Source: a virus
Lineage: Duplodnaviria > Heunggongvirae > Uroviricota > Caudoviricetes
Length of the DNA: 8,764 nucleotides
Direction: 5' to 3' (one strand)
Virus record (IMG/VR): IMGVR_UViG_2703718843_000002
The position numbers were made by a program, and so were the translations under genes. Positions 1-6,835 of this stretch are shown here, piece by piece (the stretch's first letter is position 1; the number at the start of each line of letters is the position of its first letter). Under the pieces are notes generated by a model. That model ran no database searches. It saw nothing but the letters and a program-made list of their open reading frames with translations, and was not told the DNA's origin.

Positions 1-841
1 CTTCTCCCAAACCAAGGTATGCAAGAAGACCGGCAACATCCTTCCCACTCAAATGAGTCAGCGTCTCATCCAGTGGCTGCTTACCTGACAGCGCATTGTT
101 AATGGTGGTGCTGAATTTCGGGTCATTGTTAATGGCTGCGGCAATTTCTTTCAGTGTGTCCAGCGTGGCTGGCGCACCGTTAATCAGAGCGGTAATAGCG
201 GCCTGAACAAACGCAGTAGTCGCAATCCGCGTGGTGTTATTTCCTGCGGCAGGCGTCGGCGCTTTTGGTTCTCCGGTAAATGTCGGATTATGTTTCTGTG
301 CATACTGGGTATGAGGATCCTGTGCGGCAATGTGGTTTCTCATCTGGTCATCCACATACAGCCTTAATTCCAGGACTTCATCATCCACGTATTTACGGGT
401 CGCCAGTACCACCGACGGGTCGATTTTCAGCGTGATGGCTTCGGTATTCGAGACAACCAGAATCATGCGGATAGTCTGGGTACGACCGCTTCCTTCCTGC
501 AACTGCGGTTTGTACGTTTCCGGGCAGTTTGCCACCGCAATGAGTACGCCTTCATCATCATAAAGCCCAATCTCACGGATCCAGAATCCGCCCTCGTTCT
601 CAGGGATGATTTGCTCCGCAATAATCTGGCTCTGGTTATTCGGGTCAACACTCAGAAGATTCAGCGGTGCAATGCGTTTCTGGTTAATCAGTTTTGTCTG
701 TGCCGGGTCTGGTGTTGGTAACACACCATTTGCATCACCAACGGCCATTTGCGTCAGATTCAGCTTACTGCCGAGCATCGTCGCGTTAGCCAGCCGTGCT
801 GCGCCCTGATTAGTCAGAATGGCGTAGTATTTCACTGTCAT
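1..841 (-). CDS. H: Tail fibre protein, N-terminal 280 codons (P2 gpH-like); truncated by the window edge
   Basis: ATG at 841..839 overlaps the stop of I (ATGA). I hand-translated the minus frame from 841 to 1 and found no stop: MTVKYYAILTNQGAARLANATMLGSKLNLTQMAVGDANGVLPTPDPAQTKLINQ...EGGFWIREIGLYDDEGVLIAVAN...KYVDDE...TTRIATTAFVQAAITALINGAPATLDTLKEIAAAINNDPKF..., which has the conserved N-terminal tail-fibre anchor motifs of P2-family fibres. Not in the ORF track because it has no in-window stop. Confidence 0.85.
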   Translation of the reverse strand, partial: MTVKYYAILTNQGAARLANATMLGSKLNLTQMAVGDANGVLPTPDPAQTKLINQKRIAPLNLLSVDPNNQSQIIAEQIIPENEGGFWIREIGLYDDEGVLIAVANCPETYKPQLQEGSGRTQTIRMILVVSNTEAITLKIDPSVVLATRKYVDDEVLELRLYVDDQMRNHIAAQDPHTQYAQKHNPTFTGEPKAPTPAAGNNTTRIATTAFVQAAITALINGAPATLDTLKEIAAAINNDPKFSTTINNALSGKQPLDETLTHLSGKDVAGLLAYLGLGE

Positions 842-1449
842 GCGTTTACTCTCAGGTTATCAATTAAATGAATGGCCGAGGCCGGGAAATAATCCCCTCC
901 GACAATAATGGCCTCCGGGGTGTAGGGATAAACCGTCAGGGCGTCGCCGTGATAGCATCCCGCACCGGCAAAAATGTTGCCGGTTGTACTTAAACTGATA
1001 GCCAGTCCCGTCAGATGGCGGCTTGCAGGTTTTGCATCAGCAACGAGACGCTCCAGCTCCTGATACATTTCCTCGGTAATACCCTGCTCAAGCACGCCAA
1101 CAACGATGCGGAACGTCCCCGGCTCCTCGTTGAGCTGCCACCACTCCCTCACCTCAATCAGATAGCCGAGCGGCTCCACCACACGCCGGATTGCACCTAT
1201 AGTGCCTTTATGACAGTGAATGAAATACGCATCGCAGATAACAGCGCGTTTTGTCGCTTCCGGCCATTTATCATCCCAGCGGTCAACCGAAAATGACCAC
1301 GCCAGCCACGGCAGCAGATTTGCCGGGCAGGTGTCCGGGTTCCACAGCTCACGAATACTGACCGGCGTTTTTTCAATTTCCGCACAGGCTTTTGCGGCGG
1401 CGACTTCAAGCGGTGATGAGCCAGTCGGCAGCAGTCGCGAATCACTCAT
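838..1449 (-). CDS. I: Baseplate assembly protein (P2 gpI-like), 203 aa
   Basis: ORF-track minus ORF; position between J and H as in P2; ATG 1449..1447 overlaps the J stop by 8 nt (ATGAGTGA); stop overlaps the H start. Confidence 0.85.
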   Translation of the reverse strand: MSDSRLLPTGSSPLEVAAAKACAEIEKTPVSIRELWNPDTCPANLLPWLAWSFSVDRWDDKWPEATKRAVICDAYFIHCHKGTIGAIRRVVEPLGYLIEVREWWQLNEEPGTFRIVVGVLEQGITEEMYQELERLVADAKPASRHLTGLAISLSTTGNIFAGAGCYHGDALTVYPYTPEAIIVGGDYFPASAIHLIDNLRVNA

Positions 1450-2350
1450 CCGAGCCTCCGGTCACGACGCTGTATTCGGTACAGAAAGACGCCTGCGTAT
1501 TGTTGAGCACGATGTCGGCCAGCGGTGCAGCCAGTTCGACACGCTGCACGCCTTCCACATGCAAAGCGGCATAAATGGCAGACAGACGGATGTCGCGCCC
1601 CAGCCGGTGCTGTGCCGTGATATACGCTTCCAGTTTTTTCACGGCGGCAGCGCGAATGGGTTCGCTTTCGGGACCAGGGTAAAGATACAACGTGGCGTTT
1701 ATCTGGTATTCAACGATGGCGGCAGACTGCACGGTCACACGGTCGGCCACCGGCCTGACGTCCTCGCCATTAAGGGCGTTACGCACCACCGCCAGCAGGT
1801 CTTCGGATGCGACACCGTTATTTTCACGTGACAGCACAGAGATGGTGACGCAGGCCGGAGACGGACTGGTGACAGAGATATCCGCGACACGCCCGTCGGC
1901 ACTGCGACCATGATACTGATAGGCTCCCACTGACCCGGCGACGCTTAAACCTTCAAACGCCTGCTGAATACGCAGACGATAATCGGTATCAGATTCCATC
2001 ACTGCCAGTGTCGGCGGAATGGTCGAATCATCTGCCGGGGTGATAGTCAGGCGCGTGGTGTTGTAATTGGCACCAATCACATCAAGGTCATTACCGGCGG
2101 CACAGGCCAGCATCACCGCCCGTGCGGCCTCATTCACACGCTGACGCCAGATAAGCTCACGATAAGCATTTTCCTCCAGCAGTTTGACGAGAGGCTCGGA
2201 TTCCAGCATCAGGGTACGGGCGACCGCCTCCTGCTGGTCCTCCGGGTAAAGGGAAATCAGTGTCGCCTTGCGTTCAGCAAGAATGGTTTCAAAGTCCAGC
2301 TCCTCGACCACATCCGGTGCGGGTAGCTGGTTCAGGTCGATAATCGGCAT
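1442..2350 (-). CDS. J: Baseplate assembly protein J (baseplate J family, T4 gp6-like), 302 aa
   Basis: 302 aa ORF as in P2 gpJ; sits between W and I; start 4 nt after the W stop. Confidence 0.9.
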   Translation of the reverse strand: MPIIDLNQLPAPDVVEELDFETILAERKATLISLYPEDQQEAVARTLMLESEPLVKLLEENAYRELIWRQRVNEAARAVMLACAAGNDLDVIGANYNTTRLTITPADDSTIPPTLAVMESDTDYRLRIQQAFEGLSVAGSVGAYQYHGRSADGRVADISVTSPSPACVTISVLSRENNGVASEDLLAVVRNALNGEDVRPVADRVTVQSAAIVEYQINATLYLYPGPESEPIRAAAVKKLEAYITAQHRLGRDIRLSAIYAALHVEGVQRVELAAPLADIVLNNTQASFCTEYSVVTGGSDE

Positions 2351-2354
2351 GGTT

Positions 2355-2702
2355 TCAACTCACAGGGATGGTTAACGAAAGTGGCTGGCCGGTGTCGTTG
2401 TGCTGGCCGGTCAAAGTGACAGTCATTCGCCCGTCAAAACTGCGCTCAGTGGTGACGGATGACAGGGTGACGCGGGGTTCCCATTTCAGCACTGCCATGT
2501 AACAGGCGACTTTAATCTGCAACTCAAGCGCCGGGGTCTGCGGCTGGTCAATCATTGACGCCAGCAACGAGCCGTAATCACGACGCATCACCCGTGAGCC
2601 GACCGGTGTGCGCAGGATATCGCCGATACTCTGGCTGATATGCTCAAGGTCAGTGACAGTCAGGCCATCACTGCGATTCATTCCGAGATAACGCGCAGTC
2701 AT
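2355..2702 (-). CDS. W: Baseplate wedge protein W (T4 gp25-like), 115 aa
   Basis: 115 aa ORF as in P2 gpW; ATG 2702..2700 overlaps the V stop 2701..2699 (ATGA); order V-W-J. Confidence 0.9.
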   Translation of the reverse strand: MTARYLGMNRSDGLTVTDLEHISQSIGDILRTPVGSRVMRRDYGSLLASMIDQPQTPALELQIKVACYMAVLKWEPRVTLSSVTTERSFDGRMTVTLTGQHNDTGQPLSLTIPVS

Positions 2703-3334
2703 AGAGGTCCCCCTGTTGTGCCGCCGCTGTCGCCGGGGTGTTTATGGGTATGCAGTACCTTACCGTTTGATGAGAGTTCACCGCCGGTGTGTTCAATGTT
2801 GCCGCGCATCGTCCCGCCCTTCTGCACTTCCAGCGTGCCGGTAATCAGCCTGTTGGTGCAGACCACCTCCGGTGTGTCCAGGGTGACGCGGGTTGATGCT
2901 TTCACCATGACCACCGGCACCGTGGCAGTAACAGAATCAGAAGCCGTCACGCTGGCCGTTTTAATTCCGCTTACCGTCAGTGCACTGGTTTCAGGTTCAT
3001 ACTCAATCACCGCCCCGTCAGGGAAACGGATATGCAGGGCATCCGCCGACGCAGACGGCGCGGGGTTATCACCGGAATAAATCCCCGGCAGAACGAACGC
3101 AGTGTCGAGTTCACCGCCCACGGCCAGAATCAGCACCTGTTCCCCCACGGAAGGTGCCCACCATGTGCGCGAACGACCTGCGCGATGGGTCAGCCACTGC
3201 AGCCAGTCAGTGCACATGCCGCCGGTCTGCACACGGCAGCGACCGGCGTTAAGGTCGGTTTCGACGATAATGCCAGGGCGAATCATGTTGCGCAGTGCGC
3301 GCGCGAGTTCCTGGATATTTGCGAGAGTGTTCAT
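2699..3334 (-). CDS. V: Baseplate central spike protein V, 211 aa
   Basis: 211 aa ORF as in P2 gpV; C-terminal HTHKH and GDSGGTTGGPL segment typical of the spike apex; first gene after the S-V intergenic region. Confidence 0.9.
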   Translation of the reverse strand: MNTLANIQELARALRNMIRPGIIVETDLNAGRCRVQTGGMCTDWLQWLTHRAGRSRTWWAPSVGEQVLILAVGGELDTAFVLPGIYSGDNPAPSASADALHIRFPDGAVIEYEPETSALTVSGIKTASVTASDSVTATVPVVMVKASTRVTLDTPEVVCTNRLITGTLEVQKGGTMRGNIEHTGGELSSNGKVLHTHKHPGDSGGTTGGPL

Positions 3335-3400
3335 AACGGGAAGGATGCCGCCGGGTCATACCGGCGGCAATGTAACGATGAGGTGTCGGGAATGGCACAA
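3335..3400 (-). promoter_or_regulatory. S-V intergenic region: expected position of the late promoter for the V-W-J-I-H operon, with a candidate activator dyad and a GC-rich hairpin
   Basis: One of only two real intergenic gaps. The minus strand reads TTGTGCCATTCCCGACACC (3400..3382), with TGT at 3399..3397 and ACA at 3386..3384 (10-nt spacer), followed by the perfect inverted repeat GCCGCCGG-TATGAC-CCGGCGGC (3368..3347) ending 13 nt before the V ATG. P2-family late promoters use an Ogr/Delta-type activator dyad; I recall a 12-nt spacer, so this is tentative. Confidence 0.4.
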
Positions 3401-3853
3401 CTAACGGTCGAGGTGCGCCAGAATAATCTCTTCAATCATCTGCACATCCTCACCGGTAAAGCCGAGCAGAGGACGCGCCGGATAATCAATTTTCTTACCG
3501 TCTTTCCGGGTTTCTTCCGACAGACCGAACTGATGCACACTGGCGATTTTCGGCGACTTCCCGCCGTAAAATTCCATTGATGCCTGTTCCGGGCTGGCGC
3601 GGATATGCAAAAAACGACTGGTGATAAGTTTCGCAAACATTTTTCGCTTAACGCGACCGGTCTTTTTTCTGGCGCTCTGCTGCTGGCGTGGCGCGTAGGG
3701 TGTGCCGTCCGGGGCTTTCTGAGCCATCACCCGACGCTGCTGACTCTGCCGCAGACGTTTCGCCAGTTCGGCGCTCAGTCGCCGACGCCCTGACGGTGAC
3801 AGCGATTCAATCAGTCCGGTCAGCCGGTCTTCAAAACGCTTAAACTCATTCAT
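3401..3853 (-). CDS. S: Tail completion protein S, 150 aa
   Basis: 150 aa ORF as in P2 gpS; start overlaps the R stop by 8 nt; followed by a 66-bp intergenic gap before V. Confidence 0.88.
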   Translation of the reverse strand: MNEFKRFEDRLTGLIESLSPSGRRRLSAELAKRLRQSQQRRVMAQKAPDGTPYAPRQQQSARKKTGRVKRKMFAKLITSRFLHIRASPEQASMEFYGGKSPKIASVHQFGLSEETRKDGKKIDYPARPLLGFTGEDVQMIEEIILAHLDR

Positions 3854-4313
3854 CCCACTTGCTCACCAGTTCGCCATTGATATAAAGCTCCACCGGGCGG
3901 GTGACCGGCTCCGGCGGCGTGGGTTCCGGGATATTCTTCACATGCAGTGCGCCGTCAACCTCACTGACCAGCGTGCGCTCGGTCAGCATCAGGCTGATGC
4001 TGATATCAAAGCTGCTGTCATTGTTGATGTCCGCATAAAACGTGAAGCCCTTTTTCTGACCTTCGTCAGTGGTCATGATGTCGGGCTGATTTTCCCGCAG
4101 CCACGCCAGCACCGGCACGATGAGCAGGTCAAAATCACCGGTAAAGTCGGTCACAATCACATTGAGCGTGTAACGCTTTTCGAATGACAACGACGTCGCC
4201 AGTGTGGAGGCAATACTCCCGTTATCCACGAATATCCGCAGCATCTCGGGACTGGTTTTCAGCACCGTGACGGCATCAGTCAGCGCCCTGCGCAGGCTGT
4301 CGGGTTTGAGCAT
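3846..4313 (-). CDS. R: Tail completion protein R, 155 aa
   Basis: 155 aa ORF as in P2 gpR; immediately downstream of the lysis cassette; its 5' end overlaps the 3' end of lysC. Confidence 0.88.
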   Translation of the reverse strand: MLKPDSLRRALTDAVTVLKTSPEMLRIFVDNGSIASTLATSLSFEKRYTLNVIVTDFTGDFDLLIVPVLAWLRENQPDIMTTDEGQKKGFTFYADINNDSSFDISISLMLTERTLVSEVDGALHVKNIPEPTPPEPVTRPVELYINGELVSKWDE

Positions 4314-4566
4314 CGTTTTCGTCCTGACAGTGTTTAATCATTTTTACCTGGCTGGCACAGCGTGCCAGCGCGTTCTCAAGCTGCCGGATATCGGCACTTA
4401 AATCGCCGTTCGTCTCCGGGTCACTGCCCGGCATCGGGCAAAGACTCACTTTCGGGCAGGCGTTGTGGACAATCACTGGCGTCGGTGCAGGCCGGGCGCT
4501 GGTGCAACCGGCGCACAGCATCAGGCAGGTCAGCACCGTACCAGCGGCGAAAATCTTCGTTTTCAT
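4276..4566 (-). CDS. lysC: Outer-membrane spanin lipoprotein (Rz1-like, LysC), 96 aa, out of frame within and beyond lysB
   Basis: Internal ATG at 4566..4564 within the 135-aa ORF 4276..4683 gives a 96-aa product, MKTKIFAAGTVLTCLMLCAGCTSARPAPTPV..., with a signal peptide, lipobox-like Cys and a proline-rich mature region. It starts inside lysB in another frame and extends 145 nt past the lysB stop. Confidence 0.75.
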   Translation of the reverse strand: MKTKIFAAGTVLTCLMLCAGCTSARPAPTPVIVHNACPKVSLCPMPGSDPETNGDLSADIRQLENALARCASQVKMIKHCQDENDAQTRQPAQGAD

Positions 4567-4846
4567 TGAGTAACCTCGTGATGGTTTTCTCGCGCTGTGC
4601 TTCACGCTTCGCGGCGTTCTCCAGTTCCTGACGCAGTGCCACCTGCGCCAGCTCGTTTTTGTCTGCCCTGGTGAGGGCAACATGAAGCTGATTTTTCAGC
4701 ATGGTGATGGTCGTCTGCTGTTCACTGGCGACGTTATTCGCCCTGTCCAGCGAGGCGCGCAGGCTGTCATTTTTGTGTTTCACCAGAAACAGACCCGCCA
4801 CCGCCAGCGATAACAACACAACCAGCACAGTCATCAGCTTTGACAT
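4421..4846 (-). CDS. lysB: Inner-membrane spanin (Rz-like, LysB), 141 aa
   Basis: N-terminal transmembrane segment MSKLMTVLVVLLSLAVAGLFLV followed by a charged, coiled-coil-like periplasmic domain; 141 aa as in P2 LysB; position after lysA. Confidence 0.85.
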   Translation of the reverse strand: MSKLMTVLVVLLSLAVAGLFLVKHKNDSLRASLDRANNVASEQQTTITMLKNQLHVALTRADKNELAQVALRQELENAAKREAQREKTITRLLNENEDFRRWYGADLPDAVRRLHQRPACTDASDCPQRLPESESLPDAGQ

Positions 4847-5259
4847 GGTTCCCGCCCCTCAATACGCTGACGGCAGGCCGTACGTATCAGCCGGAAAAAC
4901 AGCGACGCCACGAGATAAATCAGCGCGGTAAAAATCCACCCGGCAGCGACCAGCGCGATAAACGTCGCCACCATCACCACCAGAGCCGCCGCCCGTCTGC
5001 GCCACGGCACCGGCTGCAAAAACAGCGACGTGACAATCTTCACGGCCAGCGATTCCGGTGGCAGCTCCCGCCCGTAGCGTTCCAGCACATACTCAGTGGC
5101 ATACACGCCGACACCACCGGCAACCACACAGATAACCGTCGCCAGAATCGCCCAGGCGGCGACAAAATTGACGGCCACGCTCTGCGGGTAAATCAGGGAC
5201 AGTGCCAGCATCAGCGCCAGCGACACGTTCAGCATCAGTGAAAGGGATAATTTCTTCAT
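4834..5259 (-). CDS. lysA: LysA, multi-pass membrane protein of the lysis cassette (putative lysis-timing/antiholin-like factor), 141 aa
   Basis: Strongly hydrophobic with roughly 3-4 predicted transmembrane segments; 141 aa as in P2 LysA; located between K and lysB. Confidence 0.8.
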   Translation of the reverse strand: MKKLSLSLMLNVSLALMLALSLIYPQSVAVNFVAAWAILATVICVVAGGVGVYATEYVLERYGRELPPESLAVKIVTSLFLQPVPWRRRAAALVVMVATFIALVAAGWIFTALIYLVASLFFRLIRTACRQRIEGREPCQS

Positions 5260-5273
5260 GGTGTTTACTCCGT

Positions 5274-5771
5274 TTAAGCTGGTACACCGCCGGCGGTACG
5301 CCAGACGGTGACCAGTTTTTCCAGTGAATGCTCACGCTGACCGTAACCGGCACCCGGCAGGGACGCCCAGATATTGCGACAGCGTGAAATGGCGCGCTCA
5401 ATGCGTCCCGCCCGGATGTCATCCAGCGCACCGCGTTCGCGGATCAACTGAATGGCGAGTCTGTCCTGTGACAACGGACTGAAATCCGGCAGGGCAAGCT
5501 GTTTGCGGTAATGCGGCCAGAACAGGTAAAGCTGCTGATAGCGACCGGAGGCCGTGGATTTTTCACCGCGACGGTTAAACACCTTCGCCGGTCGGCCATG
5601 TGCGAACGGGTGGTCACTGTAGTCGGTGAAGATTTCCGGCTTTCCATCCAGTCCGGTGACTATCACGTCATAGCCCCGGTTTTTCGTCAGCGGATGGTTC
5701 GCCGTCCCTTCGGACACGGCCAGCATGTCGAGAAAGGCGGCGATATTCTGATGCGTGTTAATTACCGGCAT
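5274..5771 (-). CDS. K: Endolysin (phage lysozyme-family muramidase, P2 gpK-like), 165 aa
   Basis: 165 aa ORF immediately after the holin; ATG 5771..5769 shares one nucleotide with the Y stop (TAATG); N-terminal region with E...D...T-type spacing (LAVSEGT...YDVIVTG) compatible with the phage lysozyme family. Confidence 0.85.
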   Translation of the reverse strand: MPVINTHQNIAAFLDMLAVSEGTANHPLTKNRGYDVIVTGLDGKPEIFTDYSDHPFAHGRPAKVFNRRGEKSTASGRYQQLYLFWPHYRKQLALPDFSPLSQDRLAIQLIRERGALDDIRAGRIERAISRCRNIWASLPGAGYGQREHSLEKLVTVWRTAGGVPA

Positions 5772-6052
5772 TACGGTTTCCCCCTGCCCTTAAAGCGGCG
5801 CTGAATGGCAATCTCAATCACCTGATAACCGGCGATACCCAGCATGGAGCCGATGCCGCACACCGCAGGCAGTGACAGGTCAGGAAACTGCACCAGAACA
5901 ACACCGGCAACCATCGAGACAAAACCACCGAGCAACATGCGCCCGATAAACAGACGCGGGGTGATGGGTTCACCACCGGCAAGCACCTTGCCGACAACAA
6001 TCAGCACCCCAATCATGAAAAGCGACAGGACGCTTTTTTCTTCTGCTGTCAT
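5771..6052 (-). CDS. Y: Holin (P2 gpY-like), 93 aa
   Basis: 93 aa; hydrophobic segments (LSLFMIGVLIVVGKVLAGG, LLGGFVSMVAGVVLV, AVCGIGSMLGIAGY) and a basic C-terminus RRFKGRGKP; sits directly upstream of the endolysin. Confidence 0.85.
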   Translation of the reverse strand: MTAEEKSVLSLFMIGVLIVVGKVLAGGEPITPRLFIGRMLLGGFVSMVAGVVLVQFPDLSLPAVCGIGSMLGIAGYQVIEIAIQRRFKGRGKP

Positions 6053-6055
6053 GCG

Positions 6056-6259
6056 TTACTCCCAAAGATTGACAGTTTCAGCCACGGGCGCGGTCTGAAC
6101 GTCGGGCAGTTCGACGGCGGTGCCGTGTGGCAGCACCGCACCCAGTTCAGCCAGTCCCGGATTTGCGGCGAGCACGGCCTCAACCACGCCCTCAGTGCGC
6201 CCGTAATACCGGACACAGATGGCGTCGAGCGTGTCGCCCTGTAGCGCAAAGGTCTTCAT
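6056..6259 (-). CDS. X: Tail protein X (LysM-like small protein), 67 aa
   Basis: I chose the internal ATG 6259..6257 of the 90-aa ORF because it overlaps the L stop (TGATG) and gives 67 aa starting MKTFALQGDTLDAICVRYYGRT..., a GDTL...YYG LysM-like motif consistent with P2 gpX. Confidence 0.75.
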   Translation of the reverse strand: MKTFALQGDTLDAICVRYYGRTEGVVEAVLAANPGLAELGAVLPHGTAVELPDVQTAPVAETVNLWE

Positions 6260-6768
6260 CAGATTTGACTCACGATGCAGCGCGGCTTGTCCTGGATACG
6301 CGCCACCGCCCAGCGCATATCCCGCCACAGTTCATCAATGGTGCTGTCAATGCTGTCAGCCTTCTTGTCGCCTTTCGCACTGGCATCCACACCGCGATAA
6401 CGTTCATAAAGCGACGCGGTCGCCATCGCACACACGGCGCGCTCGTAGTAAAAAACTTTGATGCTTTCACCGTCGATGTCGTCCGCCGGGACGTCCGCCA
6501 GACGCGTAAAACCGGCGGCAATTTTCTGTTCGCGGTACTCGTACAGCTCCGCATTCGTCTCCGCCATGCCTGACTTGATGGCCTCACGCAGACGGGCGGG
6601 GGCGACGGTCTGCTCAAGGCGCATACGTTCCCGGACGCGCTTCGGGTCGATATCGGGAAAAAAGAACGTGTTTTTAATCACCGGCTCGTCGCCTGCCGGT
6701 TGCGGGATGACCACCGTACCCTCACCGGACACGGGAGCCTCCTTTCGCGGAATAATCAGCGTCATCAT
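6259..6768 (-). CDS. L: Head completion/stabilisation protein L, 169 aa
   Basis: I chose the internal ATG 6768..6766 of the 189-aa ORF: it is preceded by GAGG (minus strand ...TCAGAGGTAGTC ATGATG...) and gives 169 aa starting MMTLIIPRKEAP, matching the P2 gpL length. Confidence 0.8.
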   Translation of the reverse strand: MMTLIIPRKEAPVSGEGTVVIPQPAGDEPVIKNTFFFPDIDPKRVRERMRLEQTVAPARLREAIKSGMAETNAELYEYREQKIAAGFTRLADVPADDIDGESIKVFYYERAVCAMATASLYERYRGVDASAKGDKKADSIDSTIDELWRDMRWAVARIQDKPRCIVSQI

Positions 6769-6798
6769 GACTACCTCTGAAAAGTCGGGCGGTGGACG

Positions 6799-6835
6799 CC
6801 GGTGCAGTGTCAGGTGATTCACCCTCACTGACCGG
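6799..6835 (-). repeat. Imperfect 37-bp inverted repeat (potential RNA stem-loop) in the M-L intergenic region
   Basis: Plus strand ccggtgcagtg tcaggtgattcaccct cactgaccgg: arms ccggt/accgg and cagtg/cactg pair with one bulged g; inner palindrome ggtga-t-tcacc. Lies within the 99-bp gap 6769..6867. Confidence 0.5.

Noticed and set aside
838-1449. Gene I appears longer (203 aa) than my recollection of P2 gpI (~176 aa); possible N-terminal extension or misassigned start
   Set aside because: There is no internal Met in the first ~135 residues, and the ATG at 1449 forms a typical ATGAGTGA overlap with the J stop, so the 203-aa form is the best-supported call; my remembered P2 length is probably unreliable.
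1220-1831. Plus-strand 203-aa ORF antisense to I and J
   Set aside because: Arg/Ser/Gly-rich, low-complexity translation typical of a shadow ORF on the opposite strand of a GC-rich coding region; no start context; completely overlaps well-supported minus-strand genes.
3347-3368. GC-rich perfect hairpin as an intrinsic terminator ending the upstream operon
   Set aside because: Neither strand has a U/T tract directly after the stem (minus strand continues ATCCTTCCCGTT), so Rho-independent termination is unlikely; treated as a possible 5'-UTR or regulatory structure instead.
3032-3580. Plus-strand 182-aa ORF (plus overlapping 90-aa and 100-aa ORFs) antisense to V and S
   Set aside because: Arg/Pro-rich shadow ORFs opposite the V and S coding sequence; no independent support.
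4276-4683. Full 135-aa ORF as the lysC product
   Set aside because: The first 39 residues are an Arg/Trp-rich shadow of the lysB frame; the signal peptide begins at the internal Met (4566), giving the 96-aa spanin-like product.
5771-6052. Lambda S-like dual-start (holin/antiholin) motif in Y
   Set aside because: The N-terminus MTAEEKSVLSLFM has no closely spaced second Met with an intervening basic residue; the next Met is at codon 13, inside the first hydrophobic segment, so the timing role is more plausibly LysA's.
6056-6328. Longer 90-aa form of X starting at ATG 6328
   Set aside because: The start at 6259 is coupled to the L stop and yields a 67-aa product beginning MKTFALQGDTL, matching the P2 gpX length and the LysM-like motif; the extension would lie entirely within L.
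6270-6617. Minus-strand alternate-frame ORFs inside known genes (6270..6617, 1197..1445, 3436..3636, 5444..5647, 5818..6000, 7770..7985)
   Set aside because: Out-of-frame overlaps with Arg-rich composition. Unlike lysC they lack a recognisable signal peptide or a positional precedent in P2-family phages.
6259-6828. Longer 189-aa form of L starting at ATG 6828
   Set aside because: The upstream extension (MRVNHLTLHRRPPPDFSEVV) has no ribosome-binding site and would remove the M-L spacer structure; the internal ATG at 6768 has GAGG upstream and gives the 169-aa length I recall for P2 gpL.
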